DNA from: a virus
Taxonomy: Duplodnaviria > Caudoviricetes
Direction: 5' to 3' (one strand)
Virus record (IMG/VR): IMGVR_UViG_3300020468_000006
Coordinates: 1-61,667 of that record
Length of the DNA stretch: 61,667 nucleotides
Below are positions 38,575-49,884 of the stretch, piece after piece. A program made the position numbers and the translations under genes. Numbering within the stretch: the first letter of the stretch is position 1; each line of letters begins with the position of its first letter. The notes beneath the pieces were generated by a model. That model was not told the origin of the DNA and searched no databases. It worked only from the letters and a program-made list of their open reading frames with translations.

Positions 38575-40419
38575 ATGACAAGAACAGTACCAGGTAGCGG
38601 TGCAGCAATAGAACCAGTCTTTAACTCTGTATACGGAGTGAGGGATGTTATTGTGACCAATCCTGGTTCTGGTTACAGTCAAACTGATCCCCCAAAACTT
38701 AGTGTTGGTAACTGTGGTACTCCTATTAGAGATGCAGTTCTTCGTGCAAACATTGGTGTTAACGGTGATCTTCTATCTGTGGATGTTGTAGATCCTGGTG
38801 AAGGATATGATCCATTAAGATTAGAGATAACAAGTGACGATGCGGGCGTTGTTCAGGCAGATGCAAATATTGTATTAACGACTGATGGTGTTGGTGGTAT
38901 AGGTAACTTACAAGTCACGCAGCCTGGTGATGGATATTATAGTGCTGAAGCTGAGATAAAAGGTGGTGGTGGATCTGGTGCAGAACTAGTTCCCATCACT
39001 GGTGGTGTAACTGGTCTTGCTATCGAAGGTAAAGGTAGGAACTACAATCTCAACGATATCACTCTTGTTATATCAGGTGGTGGTGGAGACGGAGCAACAG
39101 GTGTTGCTGAGGTTAATCAGTTCGGCTCAGTTACCTCAATTAGTATCAGTAACCCAGGTGAGTTTTTTGAGACTCCTCCAATTATACAGCTAATTGGTGG
39201 TGGTGGATCTGGTGCTACTGCTGAAGCACAGATCAATCTTGGAAGGATAACAAGTATTGATATACTAAATCCAGGTGGTAGTTACGTTACAGCACCGTCA
39301 GTTATATTCACTAGAGACACTAACTTAATTAGAACTCAAAGGAATAGAACTTCGTTAGAGAGTACATTATATAATGTAACTGCACTATTAAGAAATGCTG
39401 CAGCAGCAGATACTGTTCTATATGTTCAGACTACTGATGCATTTGCAGGTTCTGGTAAGTTCCAAATAGGAACTGAGATCGTAAGATACACTGGTAAGAC
39501 TACTACTAGTTTTACTGGATGTACTAGAGGACTGAACTTTAGATATGATCAGAGGGTTGTATTAGATGCTTTAGCAGATTCTGGTGGACAGTCTGGATAT
39601 AACTTTACTGTTTCAGATAGAATCAGAAGAGTTACAGAAGACAAGACCAATAAAGTTGCTGTTGTATATGACTGGAATAAGGTAACTAAAGAGTTATTCT
39701 TAATATTCGAAGTTGATGAATTAGCGTTTATCGATGGTGGTCGTTCTAACGAATCGACTGCTGTGATTCAGTTTATTGGAGGTGTTGCTAGTTCTTCTGG
39801 TACAGGTGAATCTCCACATGTACTTCTTGAGTCAATAGGAAAGAATATTCCAATCTTCACTGATCCTGTCGGTGTATTGGAAAATTTTGAGTTCGAAGAC
39901 AACGATGAATTGGATGGAGCTGGTGATGGTATCCCTGACCTGGTAAATACTGGTACAGAGTTTGAGAATGAAATAAGTCTAGATGGTGGTATTGCATCAT
40001 CTCTTTATGGTATTGAGGAAACTGTTGGTGGTCAAAACACCACACTATTCCAACAAGGGGATCAGTTATATGATTCTAGTTTAGTGCCATTAGTGTCTAC
40101 TGTATCTACTGCAGGTGCTCTTGGTGATGGTGTTGCACATAGTGCGACCTCTTTCATTATTGCTAAATCATGGAATAGCGTTAATTATCAAGTAGATGAA
40201 ATCCTAACTGGTAACTCTACTGGTGTAACTGCTAAAGTAGTTTCATTTAATAATGCATATGCTACTGGATATGTACAGTTAGAAGTAAAAGATCTAACAA
40301 ATAATGGTAATACTTACCAATTTACGACCAGTGATACCCTAACAGGTGGTACATCTGGTGCGACGGTTGTATTCTTTAAAACGGAGTATACTAACCTCGT
40401 TAGAAACGAACCTGAATAA
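38575..40419 (+). CDS. virion structural protein with GxGY repeats
   Basis: 614 aa with repeated NPGSGY / GGGGSGA.A.A motifs shared with gp7; lies between the fibre gene and gp8. Confidence 0.75.
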   Translation: MTRTVPGSGAAIEPVFNSVYGVRDVIVTNPGSGYSQTDPPKLSVGNCGTPIRDAVLRANIGVNGDLLSVDVVDPGEGYDPLRLEITSDDAGVVQADANIVLTTDGVGGIGNLQVTQPGDGYYSAEAEIKGGGGSGAELVPITGGVTGLAIEGKGRNYNLNDITLVISGGGGDGATGVAEVNQFGSVTSISISNPGEFFETPPIIQLIGGGGSGATAEAQINLGRITSIDILNPGGSYVTAPSVIFTRDTNLIRTQRNRTSLESTLYNVTALLRNAAAADTVLYVQTTDAFAGSGKFQIGTEIVRYTGKTTTSFTGCTRGLNFRYDQRVVLDALADSGGQSGYNFTVSDRIRRVTEDKTNKVAVVYDWNKVTKELFLIFEVDELAFIDGGRSNESTAVIQFIGGVASSSGTGESPHVLLESIGKNIPIFTDPVGVLENFEFEDNDELDGAGDGIPDLVNTGTEFENEISLDGGIASSLYGIEETVGGQNTTLFQQGDQLYDSSLVPLVSTVSTAGALGDGVAHSATSFIIAKSWNSVNYQVDEILTGNSTGVTAKVVSFNNAYATGYVQLEVKDLTNNGNTYQFTTSDTLTGGTSGATVVFFKTEYTNLVRNEPE

Positions 40420-40424
40420 GTCAC

Positions 40425-40431
40425 ATAAATA
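40425..40431 (+). promoter_or_regulatory. late promoter (ATAAATA) for gp8
   Basis: Intergenic, 23 bp upstream of the gp8 ATG. Confidence 0.75.
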
Positions 40432-40453
40432 AAAGGAAGGTAACCACTGCGTC

Positions 40454-41989
40454 ATGGCACTACTCACCGATCAATTTAGAATTTTTACTGCCGAGAGATT
40501 CATTAAAGCTCTTGAGGGAGCAGATGCGTCGCAGTCAGACCTTGAGGCGGGTACGTCTAGAGATAGGTTGTACGTATTCATTGGCAGACCACAAGAATGG
40601 GATAACGAAAACGCACCTCCTACACCTGTTGACTCTTTCCAAGAGTTCTCAGATACATTTGCAGACATGATTTCACTGAAACGTGTTCTTGCGAATGACA
40701 CTATACAGGTTGTTAGAAGAATCGACTGGACACCCCCAGAGCAAACAACTGGTGGATTAGGTTATGTTTATGATATGTATAGACATGATTATAGTTCTAC
40801 AAAGACTGCTTCATCTGGTGCAACCAAGTTGTACGATGCAGACTTTTATGTTGTAAACTCACAATATCAAACTTATAAATGTATCTACAATGGCACGTCT
40901 CCTTCGGACCCCAATGGTAAACCGTCTACGGTTGAGCCAACTGGCACGTCAACAAGTATTATCACTACCTCCGATGGTTATCGTTGGAAGTATCTTTATA
41001 CTATACCTGTTGGTCAGGTCTTAAAATTCTTCTCTAACGACTATATGCCTGTTCTTAGCGATGTCGCTGTTACAGGTGATGCTGTTGGTGGAGAGATTGA
41101 TACAGTTGTTATCCAAGCATCAGGTACTGGATACAACAACGGAACCTATGAAAACGTCCCTATTAAAGGTGACGGAGTTGGTGGAAGAGTATCACTGGTT
41201 GTAGATGGTGGACGTATAGTTAACGCTACTGTGACATCTGGTGGATCTGGATACAACTTTGGTAAGATCGTTATTGATGAGGTCAACGGTATTGGTGCAG
41301 GAACTGGTACTGGTGCTGCTATTGACGTTATCATTCCCCCTGAGACAGGACATGGTGCTGAACCAGACTCTGAGTTAGGTGGATACCGTGTGATGATCAA
41401 CACCAAGTTTACCTACGCTGAAGGTTCAGGTGACTTCCCAACTGATAACGATTATCGTCGTATTGGTTTGGTGATCAATCCTAAGCAGTATGGAACTACA
41501 GCTCTTACATCTGCTATTACATTATCTGCGACTCAAGCGGTGATATTCTCACCAACCTTTACAGGTCAGTTCCAAACTGATGAGATCGTAACCCAATCTC
41601 GTACCGTTGGTGGTCAACAGGTGACTGCTAGAGGTAGAGTTATATCATGGAATGATACCACTAAAGTCCTGAAGTTCTATCAAAATAGAATCGATGGTGT
41701 GTTCCCAGAAATTACTGGTAACTTAACTGACTTCGAAGGTGGTAACCCTGTGGTAGGTGCTACATCAGGTACATCTGCTGACCCAGACATCAACTTCCCA
41801 ATAGTCTCTGGTTCATCCACTCGTATTATTAACAATACAGAATATGACTTGGGTATGTCATTTACTAATGGTTATGCAAAACCTGAGATCGAGCCAAATA
41901 GCGGTGAGATTATTTACATAGATAACAGAGGTGCTATCTCCAGAGCAGGAGACCAAATCGAAGATATCAAGATCGTAGTCGAGTTCTAA
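40454..41989 (+). CDS. gp8: baseplate wedge subunit gp8
   Basis: LLTDQFRIF.A, LYVFIGRP..W, RRIDW, YDMYRHDY, FYVVN..Y..YKCIYNG, DGYRWKYLYTI, NDYRRIGL and SGEIIYIDNR..ISR..DQIEDIKIVVEF. Confidence 0.93.
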   Translation: MALLTDQFRIFTAERFIKALEGADASQSDLEAGTSRDRLYVFIGRPQEWDNENAPPTPVDSFQEFSDTFADMISLKRVLANDTIQVVRRIDWTPPEQTTGGLGYVYDMYRHDYSSTKTASSGATKLYDADFYVVNSQYQTYKCIYNGTSPSDPNGKPSTVEPTGTSTSIITTSDGYRWKYLYTIPVGQVLKFFSNDYMPVLSDVAVTGDAVGGEIDTVVIQASGTGYNNGTYENVPIKGDGVGGRVSLVVDGGRIVNATVTSGGSGYNFGKIVIDEVNGIGAGTGTGAAIDVIIPPETGHGAEPDSELGGYRVMINTKFTYAEGSGDFPTDNDYRRIGLVINPKQYGTTALTSAITLSATQAVIFSPTFTGQFQTDEIVTQSRTVGGQQVTARGRVISWNDTTKVLKFYQNRIDGVFPEITGNLTDFEGGNPVVGATSGTSADPDINFPIVSGSSTRIINNTEYDLGMSFTNGYAKPEIEPNSGEIIYIDNRGAISRAGDQIEDIKIVVEF

Positions 41990-41992
41990 ACA

Positions 41993-44900
41993 ATGCCACA
42001 AAATACCAATCTGAATATCGCTCCGTATTTCGACGATTTCAGTAAAGCAAATAATTTTTATAGAGTACTCTTTAGACCAGGATTTCCAATCCAGGCTAGA
42101 GAACTTACTACTATGCAATCGATTCTACAGAATCAGATTGAGAATATGGGTACGCACCTCTTTAAAGAAGGTGCTATGGTCATACCTGGTCAAATAGGAT
42201 ATGACTTAACTGTACATAACATCCTTATTCAGCAAGCATTTTTAGGAGTAGACGTAGAGACATATAGAACACAGTTACATGGAAAGATTGTAGAGGGTCT
42301 TACTACTGGCATTAAAGCTAAGATTCTTTTCTCTATTCCTGCTACTGAATCTACTCGTGGTTATATTAGTTTCTATCTTAAGTATATTGAGTCAGGTGAT
42401 ACTACATCTGATGTAACTACAAAAGTATTCCAGAACAATGAACAGTTAATTTGTGAAAATGAATTGACTTTCGGTAATACTTTGATCGAAGTTGGATCAC
42501 CATTTGCTCAGTTATTACCTGTGGAAGCATCACAGATTGGTACTACTGCATATATTAACGAAGGTGTATATTTTATTAGAGGTCACTTTGTAGATATTGC
42601 ATCTGCATACATCATCTTAGATCAGTATACTAACAACCCATCTTATAGAGTTGGTTTCGAAGTATCAGAATCTATTATAACTCCAGAAGACGATCCTGCA
42701 TTGACTGATAATGCTATCGGATCATCAAACTATTCTGCACCAGGTTCACATAGATTTAAAATTAATTGTACATTAGTTAAGAAACCAATAACTGATGACA
42801 CGGATAAGAACTTTATAGAATTGTTACGTCTTAATAATTCTATTGTAGAAAACTTTGTTGATCGTACTGAGTATAATGAGATTGAGAAATCTATTGCTCG
42901 TCGTACTTATGAGACACACGGTGACTATGTTGTAAACTCATTTGAGGTACGTCCTAGAGAACACCTAGATGATTTCTTTAACAATGGTGTATATAAAGCA
43001 GGTGTAACTTCTGCTGATGGTAATGTAGCAAGTCAGAACTATGCTGCATTGGAAGTTGGTAAAGGAAAGGCATATGTAAAAGGATTTAGAACTGAACTTC
43101 TAACAGCAAACTACGTTGATGCACCAAAACCTCGTACATTTGTTGGACGTAATAACCAGATCATTCCTATTGACTTCTCACAGTCATGTGAGGTATATGA
43201 CATCTGGGGTTGGCCAGAGATCGCAGGAGAGGGTGTAACCAACTGTTATCAGGTATTGGAACTAAGAGACAACTGGTCTGGTACAGGTGCTTCTAACAGC
43301 GTACAGGGTCGTCTCATAGGTATGGCACGTACTCTACAGTTAGAGCGTGATGGTAGTAAGTATAATCTGTTTATGTTTGACCTACAGATGATGACTGCTA
43401 TTAACTTTGCAAACAGTCAAACAGTTAACAGTGGAGAAGTATTAAGAGGTCGTCAATCTGGTGCTACAGGTTTTGTATACAGTGGATCTGGTGCTGCAGC
43501 AATGCTTCATCAGGTATCTGGACAATTCCAGATTGGTGAAGTTATCGAAAGAGATGGTAGAGTATTAGATACATTAGATGCAGTATATCCATATGAGCCA
43601 TCTGACATTCGTCAGGTAGTTGGTAAGGATGGTGCTACTGTTATCTTTACTGCTTCATTAACACTTAACTTAAGAGAGTCATTACCAGGCACAACTATTA
43701 CTATTGATGCTGTAGGTGGTAACGATAGAATAGAAGGTTATGGTACTTTATTTGAGAATGATATTCGTGCAGGTGAAGTTCTAACTGCAACTGCTACCGA
43801 TGGTAAAGCACAGAACTCTATTCGTGTTAAGAGAATAGATCCTGCTGCTATTGGATTTACTACTGCAAACAGGAATGATCCTGGTACTGCAGTTGTGTTT
43901 GATTTTACACAACAGCATGCTGCATTAGATACAGGTTTGACAAAAGGTACTGTTAGTGATGCTGAGTACCCTGCAGGGCAGGTTGTACGTTTACGTCCTC
44001 TCTTTAATCAGAAGACTGTAATGGATGGGGAATTGGTTATTGATATGCCTAAGAGAGCTATCAAGTCAATCTCTGACGAATCATTTACTATACTAAAAAC
44101 ATTTGCTAACAAACAGTTATCATCTGGTGACGTTACATTTACATTACCTGAGAACGAACAGTTTACTACATTAGATGGTGAGAATTATATTCTTACAGTT
44201 ACTGCAGGTTCTAACTCTCATACTGGATATGGTTGGACACCTGGTACTAACGTTGATATTGAGGCAGAGTCAGAAAAGAACTCTCCTACTATCGGTGTAT
44301 CGTTTGGTGCTAATAGACAATCACTACAGGTCACTGGTATGAACGGTGGTAGTGGTGGTTCATCAAATATATCTGAAGTAACTCTAACTGCTGCAGTTTC
44401 TGTTAATACAGTATCGAAGAAGATTAAGACTGCTGCTAAGATGAGAACAATGAAAGTTGTTCGTACTAGAAACAATACTGATGTACAGAACTATGGTTTA
44501 ACATATGGTAACTTATATGGTACACGTATTGAGGATGAAGAGATATCATTTGCACTAAACGATGTCTACAAGGTTCATGCTGTATATGAATCAGAAGCAG
44601 ATACCGATGCACAAGTTCCTTTTATTGTTCTAACTGAGAACGTATTCTTCGATCCAGGATCTATTGTCGTTGGTAGAACTAGTGGTGCACGTGCAAGAGT
44701 TGTATCATTTAACTCTAATAATCTTAGACTATACATCGTACCTACAAGTTCTGAGTTCTTTAACTCAGGTGAAACTGTTGATGGTTTTGATGATGCTCTA
44801 AATGCTTTAGTTGGTGTTGTTGATGACGCTGACGGATCATTAGAAAGAGGATCAAAGAATATCACAGCAAACTTTGATTTAGATTCTAATCTAAACTCAT

Positions 44901-47900
44901 ACTACTATAGTGTATCTAAAATTGTTAGAAAGGGTGGTACTGCTGAACCTCGTAGAAAACTAGCAGTTGTATTTGACTACTTCATTCATGAAGCATCAGG
45001 AGATTACTTCTCTAACCAGTCTTATTCTGGTATTGACTTCGCTGATATTCCTAGATGGAGAGGAGATAACAGTCAGAGATACTTAACTGATACTGTAGAC
45101 TTCAGACCTGCTGTTGGTGAATTAGCATCTGGATCTGGTACTGTTGAGCAACCATACTACACTAACTGTGTTAGTTTAGACTTTGATGCAAGAGTATTTA
45201 CATCTACTGGTGGTGCAGGTGGTTCTACAATCTTTAATCCACCTAAGGTAGAAGAAGAATTTAGATGTGATTATGATTACTATCTTCCACGTCGTGACAA
45301 GTTATTCATGACTCATGATGGTGATCTAAAACTATCACAAGGTATCCCTGCTGAAGATCCCCCTGAGGCAGATAATCTTGACAATGCAATGTTACTTGCC
45401 AAGATTACATACGAACCATATGTTTATGATGTAGATGAAGATATTACTATCTCATTACATCAACAGCGTCGTTATACAATGGAAGACATTGGTAACATGG
45501 ACAGACGTTTACAAGACGTTGAGTACTACACTTCTCTATCACTTCTTGAGAGTGATGCTAGAAATGTAAAAGCGTATGATGATGATGGATTTGATCGTCT
45601 TAAGAATGGATTTATGGTTGATGACTTTACATCTCATGGAACATCTGCAACACAATCAATTGACTTTAAGTGTTCATTAGACTTTACTGAAGGAGAATTA
45701 CGTCCACAGCACTATACTACTAACGTAGCATTAGAGTGGAACCAGACTGCTTCTTCTAATATACAGAAAGCAGTTGCTAATATTTTAACTCTTCCATATA
45801 CATCTGATGCATTAATCATACAACCATATGCTTCTAGAATGGAGAACGTTAACCCATTTAACGTCTTCACATTCATTGGTCGTATTGATCTAACTCCTGC
45901 ATCTGATGACTGGACAGATACACGTCGTGCTCCTGTTAGAATAACAAACATAGAAGGTAACTTCGAAGCAACTCGTAGAAGGTTAGGTGCAAACCAACAA
46001 GGTTTTGCTCCTATACAGTGGAGAGCATGGAGAACAGCATGGACTGGTGTTAGAAGATCTGAAACAAGAAGATGGAGAGAAACAACATTTGCTCGTGGTG
46101 TACCTAGAAGAGTTCTATCTGGTGAGACTATCACTACAACTCGTCGTCAGGTAAGAAGTGGTGTAAGAACCAGAGTTGTACCTAGGATTGACAGAAGATC
46201 ATTAGGTGATAGTATTATTGACTCAACATTCGTACCATGGATTCGTTCCAGAAACGTTGGGTTCGATGTACAGCGTATCAAACCAAAAACAAGAATGTAT
46301 GCATTCTTTGATGGTGATCAGGTAATGACTTACATTACACCTAAGTTGATTGAGATAGTTAAGAACTCCACAGAAGATGCTAGAACGAACGAAACACCAT
46401 TTGTTATTGGTGAAACTGTTATTGGTGCACAATCTGGATCAAGGTTTAGAATTGCTGCTCCTAACGACGGATTATCTACTAACCCATATAGTCAGACTAA
46501 TTCTTTACTACCAGACTCATATGCGTCACAAACAGATATCATAAACATTGATACTGTTGTTATGGCACAAACTATATCACCTGATTACTATGGTAATGCT
46601 AGAATCGGTGAGATATTAATTGGTCAAACATCTGGTGCACGTGCTGTTGTAAAAGATAGAAGATTGATTTCTGACTTAGTTGGAAACATGAAAGGTATAT
46701 TCTTTATACCTAACCCTCAGAACAGTTCTAACCCACGTTGGGCAACTGGTTCCAGAGTGTTTAGATTATCCTCCTCAGAGACCGATAGCAGACTCCCTGG
46801 TGCAGTTGATTCTGCTGCTGAGGCAGATTATACAGCAAGAGGTACTCTTAATACTGTACAAGAAAATATCCTTGCAGTTAGAAATGCAAGTGTTGTTCGT
46901 GATACTGTCAATGATACAAGAACAGTTCGTTCTACAAGAACAAACGTAAGACAGGTTGGTTGGTGGGATCCACTTGCTCAATCATTCTTATTAGAGCAAC
47001 AAGGTGGTACATATGTTACTGCTGTTGATATCTTCTTTGGAACTAAGGATACAAATATTCCTATCTCTATGCAGATACGTCCTATGGAGAATGGATATCC
47101 TACTAAAGACATCCTACCTTTCTCTGATGTTACTATAGAACCATCAGGTGTTGAGGTATCTGAGAACGCATCGATTGCAACTAGATTTGTATTCCCTGCT
47201 CCTGTGTACATTCCACAGTCTGAAGAGCATTGCTTCGTTCTATTCTCTGACTCTAACGAGTATAAGGTGTGGATATCACGAATGGGTGATATCGATATTA
47301 GTGGAACCCGAACCATATCTGAGCAACCATATGCAGGTGTTCTCTTTAAATCACAGAACGCTTCTACTTGGACTGCAGACCAGTATGAGGATCTTAAGTT
47401 CACATTATACCGTGCTACATTTGATACATCTGTCACTGGTAGAGCAGTGTTTAACAACACTAAATTGGGTCTAGCGAACGATGGAATATTAAGTTTGGTA
47501 AATAATCCTATAACAACAATTAAACCACAGCAGTTAATTACACTACCTGCAGGTACAAACTACTCATTCACTGTGGGTGCCCGTATCAAACAGACCCCTT
47601 CCAATGCAGAAGGAACTGTGGTAGAATTTGATTCTGTCGCTAACCCAGAAGTGATAACTGTTACAGATATCGTGGGTACATTTGCACAAGGTTTCTTAGA
47701 TGGATCGGGAGATCCCTTCCAAGCACTGAAATCTTCACAGTCAACTGTATCACTTGTCATGTCAGTGGTTAACAATGGTGTGTTCGAACCAGGTGATGTT
47801 ATCACAGGTTCTTCCTCAGGTGCGACTGCAGTGGTTACTGCATACGATTCTGGTACAACAACAATTACAGCTAACTATGTTGACTCTCAATTTGATACTA

Positions 47901-49360
47901 GCAACGACACCCTTTCGGAGCCTGGTGGAGTTTCTGGTACTATCAGTTCTGCTTCCTACAGTGGTGACTCTTACACCGCTTACCCAAGTTTAACTCCTAC
48001 TGCAAGGGCAGTAGATAAGAAGATTCATGTCTTCCATCCTAATCACGGTATGCACAGTCGTGCAAATAACGTAACGATTACTGGTGTGAAGTCAGAGATT
48101 CCTTCTACAGTACTTACTACAACGCTTTCTTCTACAGCAACATCTATTGCTATACAGGAAGCAGGTACCTTCCATAAAATTATTAATGGACAAAGTATAA
48201 GCAATACAAACCAAGGATACCTTAAGATCTATGCTGCTGAGTTCCCATCTGCTGTAGGTTCTATACCTGGCACAGATGAAGCAACAGAAGCATGGCAAGG
48301 ATGGGATCCAGTACATGAGATTGTTGCTTACAGTGCAATCAACTCAACTGGTACTACAATTACTGTAGCAACATCAGGTAGGGCATCTGCTTCTACAGTT
48401 GCTAGAGAGTGGCCAGCAGGTTCTATTGTAGAATGCTATAACCTTGATGGTATACCTCTAACAGAAATCAATAAGACACACACTGCTCTTGATGATCCAA
48501 CCTTAGATTCATATACTCTCACCACAACTTCCACTGCTAGTGTTGGTATTAGAACTGGAGGACCAGGTATAACAGCTACACAGAACGTTCCATTCGAACT
48601 TATAACTCCTACAATTCAGGTAATGAACTTTAAGGAGACTAGTATGGTTGCCTCACTGAATACCACATCTGGTACTTCTATAGGTAACAGTGGAACTATT
48701 GTTGACCAAGCATCCTTTGTTAACAATGGTACCTATGATATTATCCAAATGAATGAAGAGAACTATTATGATAATCCTAGGATTATTTGTTCACAGATCA
48801 ATGAAGATAATAAACTAGAAGGTAACAAGTCATTTATTATGCGTATCGACATGGCATCGGAGAAAGATAACCTTACTCCTGTCATTGACTTGGATCGTGT
48901 TTCTGCTATTACTACTAGTAACAGAATCAATAAGTGGCCAGGTGGTCAGCAAGTATTAGGTCTACAAGCTGATATTGATACCACTGCGGATGTCTCTCTA
49001 TTACCTGCAGGTGACCAGAATGAGGCAGTCTATATAACTAAGATAGCGAAACTTTCTAATGTCTCTCGTTCTATCAGATTAATGATATCAATGAAGAGAT
49101 ATGGTGATGCTAATATTAGTGTCTACTACAGAACCCAAAAACCAGGTTCTGATAAAATGGTAGAGGAAATTGGATTCACCAAGGTTCCAATACCTGAAGT
49201 TGGTTCTACCAACATTGGTGAGGAAGAGTGGGAAGACTTCGAATACACAGTCGAAGGTGAGGAATTCCAAGCATTCCAAATTAAGATCGTTATGACAGGA
49301 ACCAACCAAGCGAAAGTTCCTTTAGTGAAAGACCTACGTGCAATCGCATTTGCTTCATAA
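41993..49360 (+). CDS. VrlC-like / DUF4815 large structural protein
   Basis: MPQNTNLNIAPYFDDF...FYRVLFRPG.PIQARELTTMQSILQNQIE, RRYTMEDIG..D.RL..VEYYTSLSLLE, DPLAQSF, GVLFKSQNASTW...QYEDLKF and FQIKIVM...N....P..KDLRAIA. Confidence 0.88.
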   Translation: MPQNTNLNIAPYFDDFSKANNFYRVLFRPGFPIQARELTTMQSILQNQIENMGTHLFKEGAMVIPGQIGYDLTVHNILIQQAFLGVDVETYRTQLHGKIVEGLTTGIKAKILFSIPATESTRGYISFYLKYIESGDTTSDVTTKVFQNNEQLICENELTFGNTLIEVGSPFAQLLPVEASQIGTTAYINEGVYFIRGHFVDIASAYIILDQYTNNPSYRVGFEVSESIITPEDDPALTDNAIGSSNYSAPGSHRFKINCTLVKKPITDDTDKNFIELLRLNNSIVENFVDRTEYNEIEKSIARRTYETHGDYVVNSFEVRPREHLDDFFNNGVYKAGVTSADGNVASQNYAALEVGKGKAYVKGFRTELLTANYVDAPKPRTFVGRNNQIIPIDFSQSCEVYDIWGWPEIAGEGVTNCYQVLELRDNWSGTGASNSVQGRLIGMARTLQLERDGSKYNLFMFDLQMMTAINFANSQTVNSGEVLRGRQSGATGFVYSGSGAAAMLHQVSGQFQIGEVIERDGRVLDTLDAVYPYEPSDIRQVVGKDGATVIFTASLTLNLRESLPGTTITIDAVGGNDRIEGYGTLFENDIRAGEVLTATATDGKAQNSIRVKRIDPAAIGFTTANRNDPGTAVVFDFTQQHAALDTGLTKGTVSDAEYPAGQVVRLRPLFNQKTVMDGELVIDMPKRAIKSISDESFTILKTFANKQLSSGDVTFTLPENEQFTTLDGENYILTVTAGSNSHTGYGWTPGTNVDIEAESEKNSPTIGVSFGANRQSLQVTGMNGGSGGSSNISEVTLTAAVSVNTVSKKIKTAAKMRTMKVVRTRNNTDVQNYGLTYGNLYGTRIEDEEISFALNDVYKVHAVYESEADTDAQVPFIVLTENVFFDPGSIVVGRTSGARARVVSFNSNNLRLYIVPTSSEFFNSGETVDGFDDALNALVGVVDDADGSLERGSKNITANFDLDSNLNSYYYSVSKIVRKGGTAEPRRKLAVVFDYFIHEASGDYFSNQSYSGIDFADIPRWRGDNSQRYLTDTVDFRPAVGELASGSGTVEQPYYTNCVSLDFDARVFTSTGGAGGSTIFNPPKVEEEFRCDYDYYLPRRDKLFMTHDGDLKLSQGIPAEDPPEADNLDNAMLLAKITYEPYVYDVDEDITISLHQQRRYTMEDIGNMDRRLQDVEYYTSLSLLESDARNVKAYDDDGFDRLKNGFMVDDFTSHGTSATQSIDFKCSLDFTEGELRPQHYTTNVALEWNQTASSNIQKAVANILTLPYTSDALIIQPYASRMENVNPFNVFTFIGRIDLTPASDDWTDTRRAPVRITNIEGNFEATRRRLGANQQGFAPIQWRAWRTAWTGVRRSETRRWRETTFARGVPRRVLSGETITTTRRQVRSGVRTRVVPRIDRRSLGDSIIDSTFVPWIRSRNVGFDVQRIKPKTRMYAFFDGDQVMTYITPKLIEIVKNSTEDARTNETPFVIGETVIGAQSGSRFRIAAPNDGLSTNPYSQTNSLLPDSYASQTDIINIDTVVMAQTISPDYYGNARIGEILIGQTSGARAVVKDRRLISDLVGNMKGIFFIPNPQNSSNPRWATGSRVFRLSSSETDSRLPGAVDSAAEADYTARGTLNTVQENILAVRNASVVRDTVNDTRTVRSTRTNVRQVGWWDPLAQSFLLEQQGGTYVTAVDIFFGTKDTNIPISMQIRPMENGYPTKDILPFSDVTIEPSGVEVSENASIATRFVFPAPVYIPQSEEHCFVLFSDSNEYKVWISRMGDIDISGTRTISEQPYAGVLFKSQNASTWTADQYEDLKFTLYRATFDTSVTGRAVFNNTKLGLANDGILSLVNNPITTIKPQQLITLPAGTNYSFTVGARIKQTPSNAEGTVVEFDSVANPEVITVTDIVGTFAQGFLDGSGDPFQALKSSQSTVSLVMSVVNNGVFEPGDVITGSSSGATAVVTAYDSGTTTITANYVDSQFDTSNDTLSEPGGVSGTISSASYSGDSYTAYPSLTPTARAVDKKIHVFHPNHGMHSRANNVTITGVKSEIPSTVLTTTLSSTATSIAIQEAGTFHKIINGQSISNTNQGYLKIYAAEFPSAVGSIPGTDEATEAWQGWDPVHEIVAYSAINSTGTTITVATSGRASASTVAREWPAGSIVECYNLDGIPLTEINKTHTALDDPTLDSYTLTTTSTASVGIRTGGPGITATQNVPFELITPTIQVMNFKETSMVASLNTTSGTSIGNSGTIVDQASFVNNGTYDIIQMNEENYYDNPRIICSQINEDNKLEGNKSFIMRIDMASEKDNLTPVIDLDRVSAITTSNRINKWPGGQQVLGLQADIDTTADVSLLPAGDQNEAVYITKIAKLSNVSRSIRLMISMKRYGDANISVYYRTQKPGSDKMVEEIGFTKVPIPEVGSTNIGEEEWEDFEYTVEGEEFQAFQIKIVMTGTNQAKVPLVKDLRAIAFAS

Positions 49361-49620
49361 TGGACTATAAATTTACTGGAAAGAAATTTATCCCTGTCGA
49401 GGGTGACGAAAACAAAGGATACTACAGAGATGTAGATTCCAATGCTATCGTAATGACCGATGGTGATGAGTATTCTAAATACATGCAGTCTTTTAATGAA
49501 AGACAACGTAAGAAAAGTGAATTTACCTCTTTACAAAAGGAAGTAAATGAACTAAAATCTGATGTAACAGACATTAAAACTTTACTATTACAACTCGTGG
49601 AGAAGAAACATGCCAGCTGA
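49360..49620 (+). CDS. small conserved phage protein with coiled-coil C-terminus
   Basis: VEG....YYRD.DSNAIV...Y..Y followed by heptads (EVNELKSDVTDIKTLLLQL); coupled to the VrlC stop. Confidence 0.75.
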   Translation: MDYKFTGKKFIPVEGDENKGYYRDVDSNAIVMTDGDEYSKYMQSFNERQRKKSEFTSLQKEVNELKSDVTDIKTLLLQLVEKKHAS

Positions 49621-49822
49621 CGTGACTGAATCAAAAGAACCTTCTGTATTATTGCAGGAGTTTAAGGATCGTTATTCCAACATCCAAAAAGAGACTCAAC
49701 AACTCCAAGGAAAGATCAGGGAGAATGAGTCAACAGCTCTTAAATTGTTAGGAGCAATAGAAACTTTAGAGTATCTTAATCCACCTGTTGCTGAAGAACC
49801 AGTGACAGAACCAACCGAATAA
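49610..49822 (+). CDS. small coiled-coil protein, possible fibre chaperone
   Basis: 70 aa with a LKLLGAIETLE motif, immediately before the tail fibre gene. Confidence 0.65.
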   Translation: MPADVTESKEPSVLLQEFKDRYSNIQKETQQLQGKIRENESTALKLLGAIETLEYLNPPVAEEPVTEPTE

Positions 49823-49844
49823 GCTCTAAGGTCTCATTTGTGGC

Positions 49845-49851
49845 ATAAATA
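49845..49851 (+). promoter_or_regulatory. late promoter (ATAAATA) for tail fibre
   Basis: Intergenic, 34 bp upstream of the fibre ATG. Confidence 0.75.
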
Positions 49852-49884
49852 AACAAGAGAGCTTATAGCTAGCGTTTAAATTAA